DNA of 64,000 nucleotides from an uncultured delta proteobacterium (GTDB lineage: Bacteria > Myxococcota > Myxococcia > Myxococcales > Myxococcaceae): NCBI GenBank assembly GCA_963713045.1, contig CAVQKE010000001.1:96001-160000 (forward strand), given 5' to 3'. A program made the position numbers and the translations under genes. The notes below the pieces were generated by a model. The model was not told the origin of the DNA. It saw only the letters and a list, made by a program, of their open reading frames with translations, and made no database searches. Below are positions 29,514 through 39,672 of this stretch, piece by piece; position 1 is the stretch's first letter; the number at the start of each line of letters is the position of its first letter.

Positions 29514-29566
29514 GGTCTGAAGCCTCGAGTCGTCTGCTGCAGAGGGTTTCCGGGAGGAGCGACCAG

Positions 29567-29640
29567 CGACCCCGGCGTGACTCGAACACGCAACCGTCGG
29601 CTTAGAAGGCCGATGCTCTATCCAGTTGAGCTACGGGGCC
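29567..29640 (-). tRNA. tRNA-Arg(TCT)
   Basis: GGCCCCG acceptor, TAGCTCAACTGGATAGAGC, anticodon loop CTTCTAA, GTTCGAGTC. Confidence 0.95.
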
Positions 29641-30053
29641 AGCCGGCACTTTGCCCAGCCAAACCCGACGAATCAAATCAGCGTCCACGCCACGAAATGC
29701 CGTCGGTTTGGGCTCCTCGCAAGGTTCACTGCAAGCTCAGAAGGTCTTCTGCCGTCGGCGAGCCAAAAAAGGAAAGGACCCTGTGGCCTCTTCAGCTTTG
29801 CGTCCAGTTGAGCCCGGCGATGCCAAAGCGCTCGGCTCTCTGCGAGGGGCGCCGCCGGCGGTGGAGCCGAAATGGAGGGAAGCGGCCGTCGATGAGGCCG
29901 CTTACCCCGGGTGCGCCCCTCTGCGCGTTTCCGCATGCAGGAGGCCGGCTTCAAGGCCGGTGGTTGCTGCCACCCGGAAGCTCGCCCACCCGCGCGGGGT
30001 GCGACAACTGGACGCAGCTCGGCTCCGGAGGGCAGGAGGTATGAGTTGCTGAC

Positions 30054-30328
30054 ATGTGCAAGCGCCCCTTCTATGCGCTTCTTCTCACGGGCTCGGCAGC
30101 CTCTCGGTCATCTCGCGCTGGAGTGCTGCGAGCCTGACCGAAGCGCCCCGAGCATTGGTCAACGAAGCAGCCATTCATGAGGATGGAGCCGTGGGCTTCA
30201 TCCTGAAGGGCACGGAAATCCTCGGTGCCTGGGACGGCCACGGAAACTACTTCGCCCAGCCAGCGGGAACAGCTGAGTTCGACGCGGAGCAACCCTTCCC
30301 AGTGACCCGGGCTCGGTCGGCGTCATGA
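30054..30328 (+). CDS. Possible small exported protein, one apparent frameshift near 30088
   Basis: MCKRPFYALLLT| joins GLGSLSVI...GAVGFILKGTEILGAWDGHGNYF; no recognisable family. Confidence 0.3.
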
Positions 30329-30500
30329 ACGTGCCATGCGTTTGCGGCTACTACACCGCTGGTAGCACAGCGCAGAGCCGTCTGCGCAACCGGTTGCAGC
30401 GAATTCACTTCTTCAGCCGCTCTGTGTGGCTCCGGACGTGCGTCGGCCCCGCTTTCCTTCGTAGAAGTCTTCGCCAGTCTCTTGTGGGAAGGTCGGCCTG

Positions 30501-31046
30501 ATGCGGATACATCCTGCGCTTCGGGGGTTGCTGGCGCTGGCCTGCGTAGTTCCCAGCCTCGTTCTCGCGGCGTTGGGCGCAAGCGACGCGCGGGTGAAGT
30601 TTTCGTGCGTTGGTCCCGGTGGCTTGCGCTTTGAGGGAGCGGGGACGGAGCTGCAAATCCTGGAAAAAGGCGAGGCACTGGTTTTCGTCGTCCCGCTGGC
30701 GAGAATCACCACCGGCATTGGGCTGCGGGATGGGCACATGCAGGAGAAGTACCTCGAGACCGACAAGTTCCCCACTGCCGAGCTGGCGGTCCCGCGCGCG
30801 CCGCTGTCGTTTCCCACCGACGGCGCCACTGTGGATACGACCGCTTCGGGCACGATGACCATCCATGGCACGTCCCGACCCGTCACCGTCCACTACAAGG
30901 CAGCCCGCAAAGGGAACGCGTATGACGTCCAAGCCGACGTCCACATCAACATGAACGACTACGGAATCCCGACGCCGAGCTACCTGGGAGTTACGGTGAA
31001 GCCACCGGTCGACATTCAGGTCGCATTCCGGCTGACCGAAACCTAG
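30501..31046 (+). CDS. YceI family periplasmic polyisoprenoid-binding protein
   Basis: Signal peptide; TGIGLRDGHM...LETDKFPTAEL, GTMTIHGTSRPV, DYGI..P motifs. Confidence 0.9.
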   Translation: MRIHPALRGLLALACVVPSLVLAALGASDARVKFSCVGPGGLRFEGAGTELQILEKGEALVFVVPLARITTGIGLRDGHMQEKYLETDKFPTAELAVPRAPLSFPTDGATVDTTASGTMTIHGTSRPVTVHYKAARKGNAYDVQADVHINMNDYGIPTPSYLGVTVKPPVDIQVAFRLTET

Positions 31047-31060
31047 GTTTAAGAGTGGCC

Positions 31061-32302
31061 ATGCTGGGACGGCGCATGCGAGGGAGCGCAGTCTGGCCGG
31101 GAGTGGCCGTCGCCACGCTCTTTGCGTGTCTTCTGCCGACGTCAGCCAACGCTTACCCGTGGATGATACGGCACGACTACACGGGCTGCGCCGTTTGTCA
31201 CGTCGACCCATCCGGTGCCGGCCTGCTGACCGACTACGGTCGCGCCCAGAACGTGCTTCTGATGCAGATGAACTACGGCAATCCCTTCAAACCGGGCGAC
31301 GAAGTGCCATCCTACGCCGGCTTCGCCTTCGGCGCGGTTCCGATGCCAGATTGGTTGCTTGCGCAGGTCACCTTTCGCGGGGCGGAATTCTGGGTGGCCG
31401 AGACGACGCCGGCGACGCTCACCGCCCCCAGCATGACGCTCAGCAACCAACAATTCCTGATGATGCTGCTCGACGCGCGAGCTGAAATTAAATTTGGAAT
31501 TTTTCGGGCCGCTGGGTCCCTCGGCTGGGGGACGAGTCCCTTCACCCTACCGGCAGCGGTGTGGACCAATGCCCAGGCCAACGAAATGATTGTATCTCGG
31601 GACTATTGGGTGGGCCTGCAGCTGGATGACAGCCTCCTCATCCGGCTGGGCCGAATCAATTTACCCTTTGGACTGCGAAACGTGGAGCACACCTCCTGGG
31701 TGCGCAACAACACGCAGACCGACATCAACTACTCCCAGCAAAGCGGGCTCTCGGTGTCCTTCGACAATGGACATGTGCGCACGGAGGTCCTTGCTATCCT
31801 CGGCAACCTCAACATCAGTCCGGACGGTTACCGGCAGCGGGGCTTCTCAGGGTTGGTCGAAGTCCCGGTGGCCGAGCGCGCCACCGTCGGAGTGAGTGCC
31901 GAAGTCACGCGCGCCGACCTCACCACCTCCTCGCCGAGTCCGGCGCTGCACCAGGTGTATGGCGCCTTCTCGCGGTGGGCTCCGGTGGAGCCGGTGGTCT
32001 TCATGCTGGAAGGTGACGTCTTCATCAACAACACCTTGGGAAGCGGCGTCGTCCAGCCCAACGCTGCCACTTGGCTTCAGGTGGACTATGAGCCTATTCA
32101 AGGGCTTCACTTCGCCCCTGCGATCGAGACCCTCAACACGGCTGGCATACACGGCGCAGGGCTTGGGACGTGGATGACCATCGATTGGTTCTGCCTACCC
32201 CACACCGACATTCGCCTCGACGGCGTCTATCGCTACCAGCCGACGACGCAGGGTTGGACCAATACCTATTCCTTCCTCATCCAGCTCCACACCTTCCTAT
32301 GA
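31061..32302 (+). CDS. Monoheme c cytochrome fused to outer-membrane beta-barrel (Cyc2-like architecture)
   Basis: Signal ending ANA, then YPWMIRHDYTGCAVCH...LTDYGR; remainder amphipathic beta-strands ending YSFLIQLHTFL. Confidence 0.65.
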   Translation: MLGRRMRGSAVWPGVAVATLFACLLPTSANAYPWMIRHDYTGCAVCHVDPSGAGLLTDYGRAQNVLLMQMNYGNPFKPGDEVPSYAGFAFGAVPMPDWLLAQVTFRGAEFWVAETTPATLTAPSMTLSNQQFLMMLLDARAEIKFGIFRAAGSLGWGTSPFTLPAAVWTNAQANEMIVSRDYWVGLQLDDSLLIRLGRINLPFGLRNVEHTSWVRNNTQTDINYSQQSGLSVSFDNGHVRTEVLAILGNLNISPDGYRQRGFSGLVEVPVAERATVGVSAEVTRADLTTSSPSPALHQVYGAFSRWAPVEPVVFMLEGDVFINNTLGSGVVQPNAATWLQVDYEPIQGLHFAPAIETLNTAGIHGAGLGTWMTIDWFCLPHTDIRLDGVYRYQPTTQGWTNTYSFLIQLHTFL

Positions 32303-32826
32303 GAGGCGCGTCTTTGAGAGTGGCCCTCCTGTCCTCCGTACTTGGGCTGCTGGCACCAATGTCGGCTTTCGCCTCTGCGAGTTACCCCGCTGAGATTCAG
32401 AGCCAGCTCAGCCTTTCCTACACGCCGGCCTGTGCCATTTGTCACGCCAACGGCATCACTGGGTACGGCACCGTGACGACGCCCTTTGGTGAAGCCATGC
32501 GCGCCGTGGGCCTCGTCTGCTGCAGCATCCCTTCCCTCGACGGCGCGCTCGCAGCCCTCGAAGCGGAAAACAGCCCCTACATTGAGTACTTGAAGCAAGG
32601 CCTAGACCCCAACGACCCGGGTGCAGGCGCTGCGCCTCCGCCCAGCTACGGCTGCTTCAGCATCACGGGCCAACGGCAGGGCGCCGGCGCCGCCTTTCTC
32701 CTGGCGGCTGCGCTGCTCTTCGGGCGGAGAAGGCGTCCTCTGCGGCCGCCAGCAACCGAGGGATGTGGCGGTGCGAGGCCTGCAGCCAGGGCCTCGCCTA
32801 GCCGCGGACGCGCTTCGGGCCGGTAG
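32299..32826 (+). CDS. Small monoheme c protein with MYXO-CTERM-like sorting tail
   Basis: Signal (AFA), CAICH...TTPFG..M, Pro-rich linker, GC...GAAFLLAAALLFGRRRR; ATGA overlap with the upstream gene. Confidence 0.7.
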   Translation: MRGASLRVALLSSVLGLLAPMSAFASASYPAEIQSQLSLSYTPACAICHANGITGYGTVTTPFGEAMRAVGLVCCSIPSLDGALAALEAENSPYIEYLKQGLDPNDPGAGAAPPPSYGCFSITGQRQGAGAAFLLAAALLFGRRRRPLRPPATEGCGGARPAARASPSRGRASGR

Positions 32827-34007
32827 AGACGTCCTGGGACTCCGCCTCAAGGGCATCCGCAATGGCATCGAGTTCGGCTCCCAGGTCCCGGACGCCCTGT
32901 TCCAACTCAGCGGTCGGAGCGCGTCCAGCTTCTGCCCCCGCCGTACGAAGCCGAACAAATTGCGCGGCGAGCCCTTCGAGCGTGTAGACAAGGCGCATCC
33001 GTTCCGCTTGCAGACGGTCGGCGCTCAATCGCAGAAGCTCCTGCTGTCTGCGCCGCTCGTCGATGGCCGCCGCCGCGCCAGTGAGTGAGGTACGCAGACG
33101 CTCGTCGGTGGCGTCAATGAGTCGGGCCTCGAGTTCCCTCTTTTCGGAATCCAGTCGACTGAGCGCGGAGGGCGCCAGCTCTGCGAGCACGGCCCGTTCG
33201 CGCTCAAACAGGTCCTGACAGGTGTGCCGAAGCGCCGCGATGGTACCCTCGGATGCCCCGAGAAAAGAGCGCACCGGCGCGGACGCCGTGCGCAGCTCGG
33301 AGGCCAGCCGAATCGCACGCGGCGTTGGCGCGCTCCTGCACCGCGTCGCGCATGGTCGACGCGGCCGGCGAGAGGGGTACCCCGGGCAGGCGCTGGCGAA
33401 GCCAGCCGGCAGTGACCGTCGCCCCCATATGCAGACGCGTGCCGGCCGGGACCTGAACACCCTCCCCGACGGTCGCGCCCATGCCGACAATTGCGTTGGG
33501 GCCGAGGCTTGCCCCCTCACACAGGGTTGCCCCCCAGGAAAGCCTGGCACCGGTGTCGAGGACGGCGTTTCCACCCACGGTAGAGCCCATGCCCACCACA
33601 GCTCCCGAGCGGATGACAGCACCCTCTCCGACGGTGGCGCCCATTCCAACGATGGCGCCAGGCTCGACCAGCGCACTCGCGGAGACGGTGGCACCCATCC
33701 CGATGTGGGGCAGCCCGTATGGCTGGGCGGAGCGGCGGCGCGTCCAAGCGCGGCCGAACAGCACCGCTCCACCGACGGCGAAGGCGGCCGCTGGCCCGAC
33801 GAAGGGCCACGCTCCCAGTGTGACCAGCGCACCGAGACTGGCCGCGGAGAGCCCCAGAAGCAGCGCTCCCCATCGGAGGGCGACCCGCGCCGACGAATTC
33901 GGCGAAGCGGCTGGCGCTCCTCTCGTCGTCGCAGCAGCCAGGGCCGCCTGCATGCGAACCAGGCCTCGTTCCAGTGCCGCCTCCGGCGTCTGTCCCTCAT
34001 CGGGCAC
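32798..34007 (-). CDS. Membrane protein with hexapeptide (left-handed beta-helix) repeats and C-terminal coiled coil; frameshift at ~33311
   Basis: Two TM segments, repeats such as IGMGAT-VSASAL-VEPGAI-VGMGAT-VGEGAV; after ANAACD the helical sequence continues in the 32798 frame (RLASELR...ELDAIADALE). Confidence 0.65.
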
Positions 34008-34338
34008 ACGGTCCTCCCCGGTCGCAAGATTGCCGACCGAACGGTTTTCTACGCAGACGGCCGCAGCATGGTCCGGGCGACGCGCCGAGTCGACAGCTCT
34101 AAGAGGCCGAGCGTCGGGACTCCGCTCTGAAGGTCGTTTAGCGCCTAGTGAGCGGACTGTTGAGGCGCAAGGGCTGGCCTAAGCCACACCTCTGTGACGA
34201 CGCGGAAAGGCCGAACGCCAAAGGGCGATTCCGAAAGGTCACAGCACCTCCTTCTGCGCGAACCAGCTCCGCCACCACGCGCCCGTATGAGGCCGCTGCC
34301 GAAGCGCAGAGACGGACTCGGCAAAAAAGGGAGGACAC

Positions 34339-36453
34339 ATGGCGTCGAAACGCACACTGCAAAAATGGAAGAACATCCTCAGCGTCGGACTGGCCATCCC
34401 GCTCTTTCTGAGCGGGCAACTGGTCGGATTTGCGCGAGCTGACGAGGCGCGCGACGACCACCATCGAGAAAAAGAAACCCGCACGCCCATCAAGCACGTC
34501 ATCGTCATCATCGGCGAGAACAGGACCTTCGATCACATTTTTGCGACCTACGTCCCCAAGTCTCATGACTCCATTCACAACCTGCTCTCGGAGGGCATCG
34601 TCAACGCTGATGGAACTCCCGGGCCCAACTACAAAAAGGCTGTTCAGTATCAAGGCACCGACGTCGCACCTGACCCCTTCCTGAATGCCCCCGACAAGGA
34701 TGGTGCATACAAGATTCTCCCGCCGGTGCTCACCGGAGGAGCCCCGACCAAGCCGTACATTTCATCGATTGCCGAAGCAATGGCGGTGGAGAACGGGCTG
34801 CCAAACGACTACTACGTGTTTTTGACGACGGGTGGCACGGGCCTACCGAAGTACGGGCCTGACACTCGCATTGACTACCTCGGAAAGACCTTCGACACCC
34901 TTCCTCCAGGGCCCTACCAGCTCACTCCCGGGGTGCCGTACGACTCGTATGCCTCGAGCCCAGTGCACCGCTTCTACCAGATGCGCCAGCAGTTGGACTG
35001 TGATGCGAAGCGGTCCACGAACCAAGACCCCGCGGGTTGTGACGGCCGCCTCTTTGCGTGGGTCGAGGTCACCATCGGCGCTGGAAACAACGGCTTGACT
35101 CAATCCCAATATAACTCTGGAGCGCCCTTCGACGACTATGCGACCGGCGAGGGCAGTACCGCGCTCGGCTTCTACAACATGCAGCAAGGCGATGCCCCGT
35201 ACCTCAAGTACCTCGCCGACACCTATTCGATGAGCGACAACTACCACCAGGCAGTCTACGGAGGCACCGGCGCGAACCACGTCATGATGGGCACCGGAGA
35301 CGCTATCTGGTTCAGCGACGGCAATGGAAATCCCGCCGTTCCACCCAATAACGAGAACGTCTACTCCTCGAGCCTGTGCCCCTCGGGTGGTTCGACTGCC
35401 ACCAACTGCGGTAACCAGGGCGTTGTTGCGGAAATCGAAAACCCTGACCCGCAACCGGTGACCTCGACCACCATCACCAGCAATAACAACAACAACTGGT
35501 ACACCGAGGACGGCTACGGCGGCAACGGGTACAGCGCGATGCCAGCCTACGGAGGCGGAACCTACAGCGACTGCTCGGACAGGTCTCAGCCGGGGGTCAA
35601 GTCAGTGCGGGACTATTTGGACTCCATCCAGGTGAATGCCAACTGCGAGAAGGGCCACTATTACCTCCTCAACAATTACAATCCTGGCTACTTCGGCGAC
35701 GGCTCCAACGCCTACACCGACACCAACAACAACAACTACGTGTTCACCATCCCGCCGTCCTCTCTACGCACCATTGGAGACGCGCTCCTAGAGAAGAACA
35801 TCTCTTGGGCTTACTTCGGGGACCAGTGGAACGTCTACTTGACCGACCCCTATGACCTTCTTCCGCAGGACGCGTACTGCAACATCTGCAACTTCGAGCA
35901 GTACTCAACGTCCATCATGACCAACGACGCGGTCCGCACCACGCACCTGCTGGACACGACTGACCTATACAATGACATCGACAATGACTACTTGCCCGCC
36001 GTTTCCTTCGTGAAGCCCAGCGGGTTTGTGGACGGGCACCCCGCCTCATCGAAGCTCAACCTCTTCGAGGGGTTCGCAAAGAAGATTGTCGACCTGGTGA
36101 AGGCCCACCCGAAGCTGTGGAAGGAGACGGCCATCTTCATTACCTTCGATGAGGGCGGCGGCTACTATGACTCGGGTTACGTTCAGCAACTCGATTACTT
36201 TGGCGACGGCACGCGCACTCCGATGATTGTCGTCTCGCCATATTCGACCGGCGGCCACATTTCCCATACCTATACCGACCACGTGTCGCCGATTAAGTTC
36301 GTCGAATACAACTGGGACCTGAAGCCGTTGACCCATCGCAGCCGCGACAACTTCCCGAACCCGGTGACGTGTGACGACCCCTACGTGCCAGTGAATAGCC
36401 CCGCCATCGGGGACTTGGTGGACCTCTTCCACTTCGACCACTGCGACCAGTAG
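34339..36453 (+). CDS. Secreted phosphoesterase (phospholipase C / acid phosphatase AcpA family)
   Basis: TPIKHVIVIIGENRTFDHIF, PVHRFYQ, SDNYHQ...GGTGANH, LPAVSFVKP...DGHP, TFDEGGGYYD; GGAGG RBS. Confidence 0.92.
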   Translation: MASKRTLQKWKNILSVGLAIPLFLSGQLVGFARADEARDDHHREKETRTPIKHVIVIIGENRTFDHIFATYVPKSHDSIHNLLSEGIVNADGTPGPNYKKAVQYQGTDVAPDPFLNAPDKDGAYKILPPVLTGGAPTKPYISSIAEAMAVENGLPNDYYVFLTTGGTGLPKYGPDTRIDYLGKTFDTLPPGPYQLTPGVPYDSYASSPVHRFYQMRQQLDCDAKRSTNQDPAGCDGRLFAWVEVTIGAGNNGLTQSQYNSGAPFDDYATGEGSTALGFYNMQQGDAPYLKYLADTYSMSDNYHQAVYGGTGANHVMMGTGDAIWFSDGNGNPAVPPNNENVYSSSLCPSGGSTATNCGNQGVVAEIENPDPQPVTSTTITSNNNNNWYTEDGYGGNGYSAMPAYGGGTYSDCSDRSQPGVKSVRDYLDSIQVNANCEKGHYYLLNNYNPGYFGDGSNAYTDTNNNNYVFTIPPSSLRTIGDALLEKNISWAYFGDQWNVYLTDPYDLLPQDAYCNICNFEQYSTSIMTNDAVRTTHLLDTTDLYNDIDNDYLPAVSFVKPSGFVDGHPASSKLNLFEGFAKKIVDLVKAHPKLWKETAIFITFDEGGGYYDSGYVQQLDYFGDGTRTPMIVVSPYSTGGHISHTYTDHVSPIKFVEYNWDLKPLTHRSRDNFPNPVTCDDPYVPVNSPAIGDLVDLFHFDHCDQ

Positions 36454-36475
36454 CCGGTTCGCGCTGCAGTTCAGG

Positions 36476-36524
36476 CCGCGCGAGGGGCGCCACTTCGGCC
36501 CCTCGCGCGGTTTCTTGTTTTTTT
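36476..36524 (+). terminator. Rho-independent terminator
   Basis: CCGCGCGAGGGGC...GCCCCTCGCGCGG followed by TTTCTTGTTTTTTT. Confidence 0.85.
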
Positions 36525-36791
36525 GGGGGGTGGGACTGGGACCTCTGGCGGCAGCCTCTCGGCACGGAGCATCCCGCGCGGCGTCGACGCCTACCCCGGC
36601 CGACCGCTTCCCTCGGGAGGGTACGGGGGAAGCCACCGTTTCGTTCTCTTTCTGCTTGCCCCTCCCGCTGGTGGCGGAGTCTCATGGGCCCCCACTCGTT
36701 TCCATGAGGCGAGCTTCACAAGGTCCTGGCGCGGCAGGTGCGCCTCGGCTGCCTTTGGGGTTAACCCACCTGTACCTGAGGAGGTTCGCCT

Positions 36792-37490
36792 ATGCCCACC
36801 GCTGCAGCGATGAGCAAGGAGCCCGCCGCAAGCCAGACGGAGTCCTTTCTCGCTGCCACGGTTGGCAAGAAGGTGGTGATGGCAGTCACCGGGCTGATTC
36901 TCTTCGGCTTCGTGATTGTCCACATGCTCGGCAATCTCCAGCTGTATGCCGGTGCCGAGGCCATCAACGCCTATGGCCTCTTCCTCCATACGTTTTTGCA
37001 TGGGGCCGGCATCTGGATTTCGCGCGCGGTGCTGCTGGCCGCCGTCGTGCTCCACATCTGGGCGATGACGTCGCTGACCCTGGTCAACCGGCGCGCCCGC
37101 CACGTGGGCTACCGCCAGTGGAGTGCCCGCGAATCCACCTACGCTTCGAGGAGCATGCGGTGGAGTGGCGTCTTTCTTCTCGCCTTCATCATCTTCCACC
37201 TGCTGCACTTCACCACCGGCGATGTCCACCCGGACTTCATCCCAGGGGACGTCTACCACAACGTCGTCACCGGCTTTCAGGTGATGCCGGTGGCCGTGCT
37301 GTACATTGTGGCGACGCTGGCCCTCGCGCTTCACCTTTTTCACGGCTCGTGGAGCCTGTTTCAGACGCTTGGGCTCAACCATCCGCGCTACAACCGGCTG
37401 CGCAACGTGGTGTGTGTCGGCTTGGCGGCCCTGGTGGTGGTTGGAAACCTTTCCTTCCCGGTCGCTGTGCTGGCCGGCTGGGTTCGCTGA
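36792..37490 (+). CDS. sdhC: Succinate dehydrogenase cytochrome b subunit
   Basis: [11 protein letters not shown]...[15 protein letters not shown]...FHLLHF, HLFHG.WS.FQTLG; five TM helices. Confidence 0.92.
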   Translation: MPTAAAMSKEPAASQTESFLAATVGKKVVMAVTGLILFGFVIVHMLGNLQLYAGAEAINAYGLFLHTFLHGAGIWISRAVLLAAVVLHIWAMTSLTLVNRRARHVGYRQWSARESTYASRSMRWSGVFLLAFIIFHLLHFTTGDVHPDFIPGDVYHNVVTGFQVMPVAVLYIVATLALALHLFHGSWSLFQTLGLNHPRYNRLRNVVCVGLAALVVVGNLSFPVAVLAGWVR

Positions 37491-37497
37491 AGGGCAC

Positions 37498-39411
37498 ATG
37501 GACCTGCGCTCGAAAATTCCCGAGGGCCCCCTCGACAAAAAGTGGGAACGCTACCGGCTGGAGATGAAGCTGGTGAACCCAGCCAACAAGCGGAAATTCA
37601 CCATCGTTGTGGTCGGCAGCGGGTTGGCGGGCGCCGGCGCTGCAGCATCCCTTGGCGAGCTCGGCTACAACGTCAAGTCGTTCTGCTACCAGGACAGCCC
37701 CCGGCGCGCGCATTCCATCGCCGCCCAGGGTGGCATCAACGCCGCCAAGAATTACCAAAACGACGGCGACAGTGTGTACCGACTCTTCTACGACACGGTG
37801 AAGGGCGGAGATTTCCGGTCGCGCGAGGCGAACGTCTTCCGGCTGGCCCAGGTGTCCGGAAACATCATCGACCAGTGTGTGGCAGTGGGCGTTCCCTTTG
37901 CCCGCGAATACGGCGGCCTACTGGACAACCGCAGCTTCGGCGGCGCTCAGGTTTCGCGCACCTTCTACGCCCGAGGACAGACTGGTCAGCAGCTTCTCCT
38001 TGGTGCCTACCAGGCGCTGGAGCGGCAGGTGAGGGCCGGCAAAGTAGAAATGTTCGTCCGCCACGAGATGCAGGACATCATCCTCATCGACGGGCACGCG
38101 CGGGGAATTGTCACCAGGGACCTGGTGACCGGCGAGGTCGAATCGCACATTGGCGACGCGGTGTGCCTGGCCACCGGTGGTTACGGGAACGTCTTCTATC
38201 TGGCCACGTATGCAAAGGGCTGCAACGCGACCGCCATCTGGCGTGCTTACAAGAGAGGGGCCGCCTTCGGAAACCCTTGCTTCACCCAAATCCATCCCAC
38301 CTGCATTCCGGTGACTGGTGACTACCAGTCCAAACTCACACTGATGAGTGAGAGCTTGCGGAACGACGGACGCATCTGGGTGCCGACGAAGGCCGCCGAC
38401 AGGCGGGCGCCGGGCGACATCCCCGAAGCCGAGCGCGATTACTACCTGGAACGCATGTACCCAAGCTTCGGGAACCTTGCCCCTCGGGATATCGCCTCGC
38501 GGGCGGCCAAGCGCGTTTGCGACGAGGGCCGAGGGGTGGGCCCGGGCGGTAAGGGCGTCTATCTCGATTTCGCCGATGCCATTCGGCGGCTCGGCCGCGA
38601 AACCATCGAGGAGCGGTACGGGAATCTCTTCGAGATGTACAACCGCATCACCGCCGAGGACCCCTACCGAGTGCCGATGCGCATCTATCCGGCGACTCAC
38701 TACACGATGGGCGGCCTGTGGGTGGACTACAACCTGATGTCCACCCTCCCCGGGCTCCACGTCCTGGGAGAGGCCAACTTCAGCGACCACGGCGCCAACC
38801 GGCTCGGTGCGAGCGCCCTGATGCAAGGCTTGGCCGATGGCTACTTCATTATCCCCTACACCATCAGCAACTATCTGGCTTCCGCCAAGCACGCTCCGGT
38901 TTCCTTGGACCACCCCGCGGTGAAGGAGACAGAGAGGGCGGTGGCGCTGCGCACCCAGCGCTTGCTCGAAGTGAAGGGCAGCCAAAGCCCCACCCACTTC
39001 CACCGAGAGCTTGGCAAGGTGATGTGGGAGTACTGCGGAATGACGAGAAACGAAGCCGGTCTCAAGAAGGCACTCCAACTGATTCCGGAGCTGCGGGAAG
39101 CCTTCTGGAAGAACGTCAAGGTGGTGGGCAGCGGGGAGTCACTCAACCAGTCCCTCGAGTTGGCAGGACGGGTCGCGGACTTCCTCGAGCTGGGCGAGCT
39201 GATGTGTCTGGACGCGCTGGAGCGTCGCGAGTCCTGCGGTGCACATTTCCGTGAGGAATACCAAACGCCCGACGGGGAGGCGTTGCGTGACGACGAGCAC
39301 TTCTGTCACGTAGCGGCCTGGCAGTACCTGGGCGAAGGAAAAGCGCCGGTCCGCAACGTCGAGCCGTTGATGTTTGAAAATGTGCACCTCTCAGTGAGGA
39401 GCTATAAGTAG
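37498..39411 (+). CDS. sdhA: Succinate dehydrogenase/fumarate reductase flavoprotein
   Basis: [50 protein letters not shown]. Confidence 0.95.
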   Translation: MDLRSKIPEGPLDKKWERYRLEMKLVNPANKRKFTIVVVGSGLAGAGAAASLGELGYNVKSFCYQDSPRRAHSIAAQGGINAAKNYQNDGDSVYRLFYDTVKGGDFRSREANVFRLAQVSGNIIDQCVAVGVPFAREYGGLLDNRSFGGAQVSRTFYARGQTGQQLLLGAYQALERQVRAGKVEMFVRHEMQDIILIDGHARGIVTRDLVTGEVESHIGDAVCLATGGYGNVFYLATYAKGCNATAIWRAYKRGAAFGNPCFTQIHPTCIPVTGDYQSKLTLMSESLRNDGRIWVPTKAADRRAPGDIPEAERDYYLERMYPSFGNLAPRDIASRAAKRVCDEGRGVGPGGKGVYLDFADAIRRLGRETIEERYGNLFEMYNRITAEDPYRVPMRIYPATHYTMGGLWVDYNLMSTLPGLHVLGEANFSDHGANRLGASALMQGLADGYFIIPYTISNYLASAKHAPVSLDHPAVKETERAVALRTQRLLEVKGSQSPTHFHRELGKVMWEYCGMTRNEAGLKKALQLIPELREAFWKNVKVVGSGESLNQSLELAGRVADFLELGELMCLDALERRESCGAHFREEYQTPDGEALRDDEHFCHVAAWQYLGEGKAPVRNVEPLMFENVHLSVRSYK

Positions 39412-39672
39412 AAGCGTCTCCCGTCGGTGAAGCGCCCATTGCCACCTCGGCTGCCACCGGGAAAGTCCCAAATCAGCCGGAAGCACCTAAATTCGGGCGA
39501 ACGGCGGACACGAGCTCGGGCAAGAATATGCGCTCAGGAACGGCCCGAAGACTCCGGCGCTCGATTAGCTGACGACGGCGCCCTTTTCAGCTTTTGGAGT
39601 GCGGCCAAGTCCCGGGAGATGTAGGGTCTTGCGGTTCCGCGTTCGTCCACGTTGGAGCGACCGAGTCGACGA

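Noticed and set aside
29783..30052. Short GTG-start ORF as a RiPP precursor
   Set aside because: No leader/core pattern and no modifying enzymes nearby; coding status unsupported
34160..34190. GGCGCAAGGGCTGGCCTAAG as a c-di-GMP-I riboswitch
   Set aside because: Lacks the upstream GGCAAAC/GAAA-tetraloop hairpin and the matching 3' P1 strand
37918..39078. 386-aa minus-strand ORF (likewise 23762-24883 on the plus strand)
   Set aside because: Antisense shadows of sdhA and the hybrid kinase
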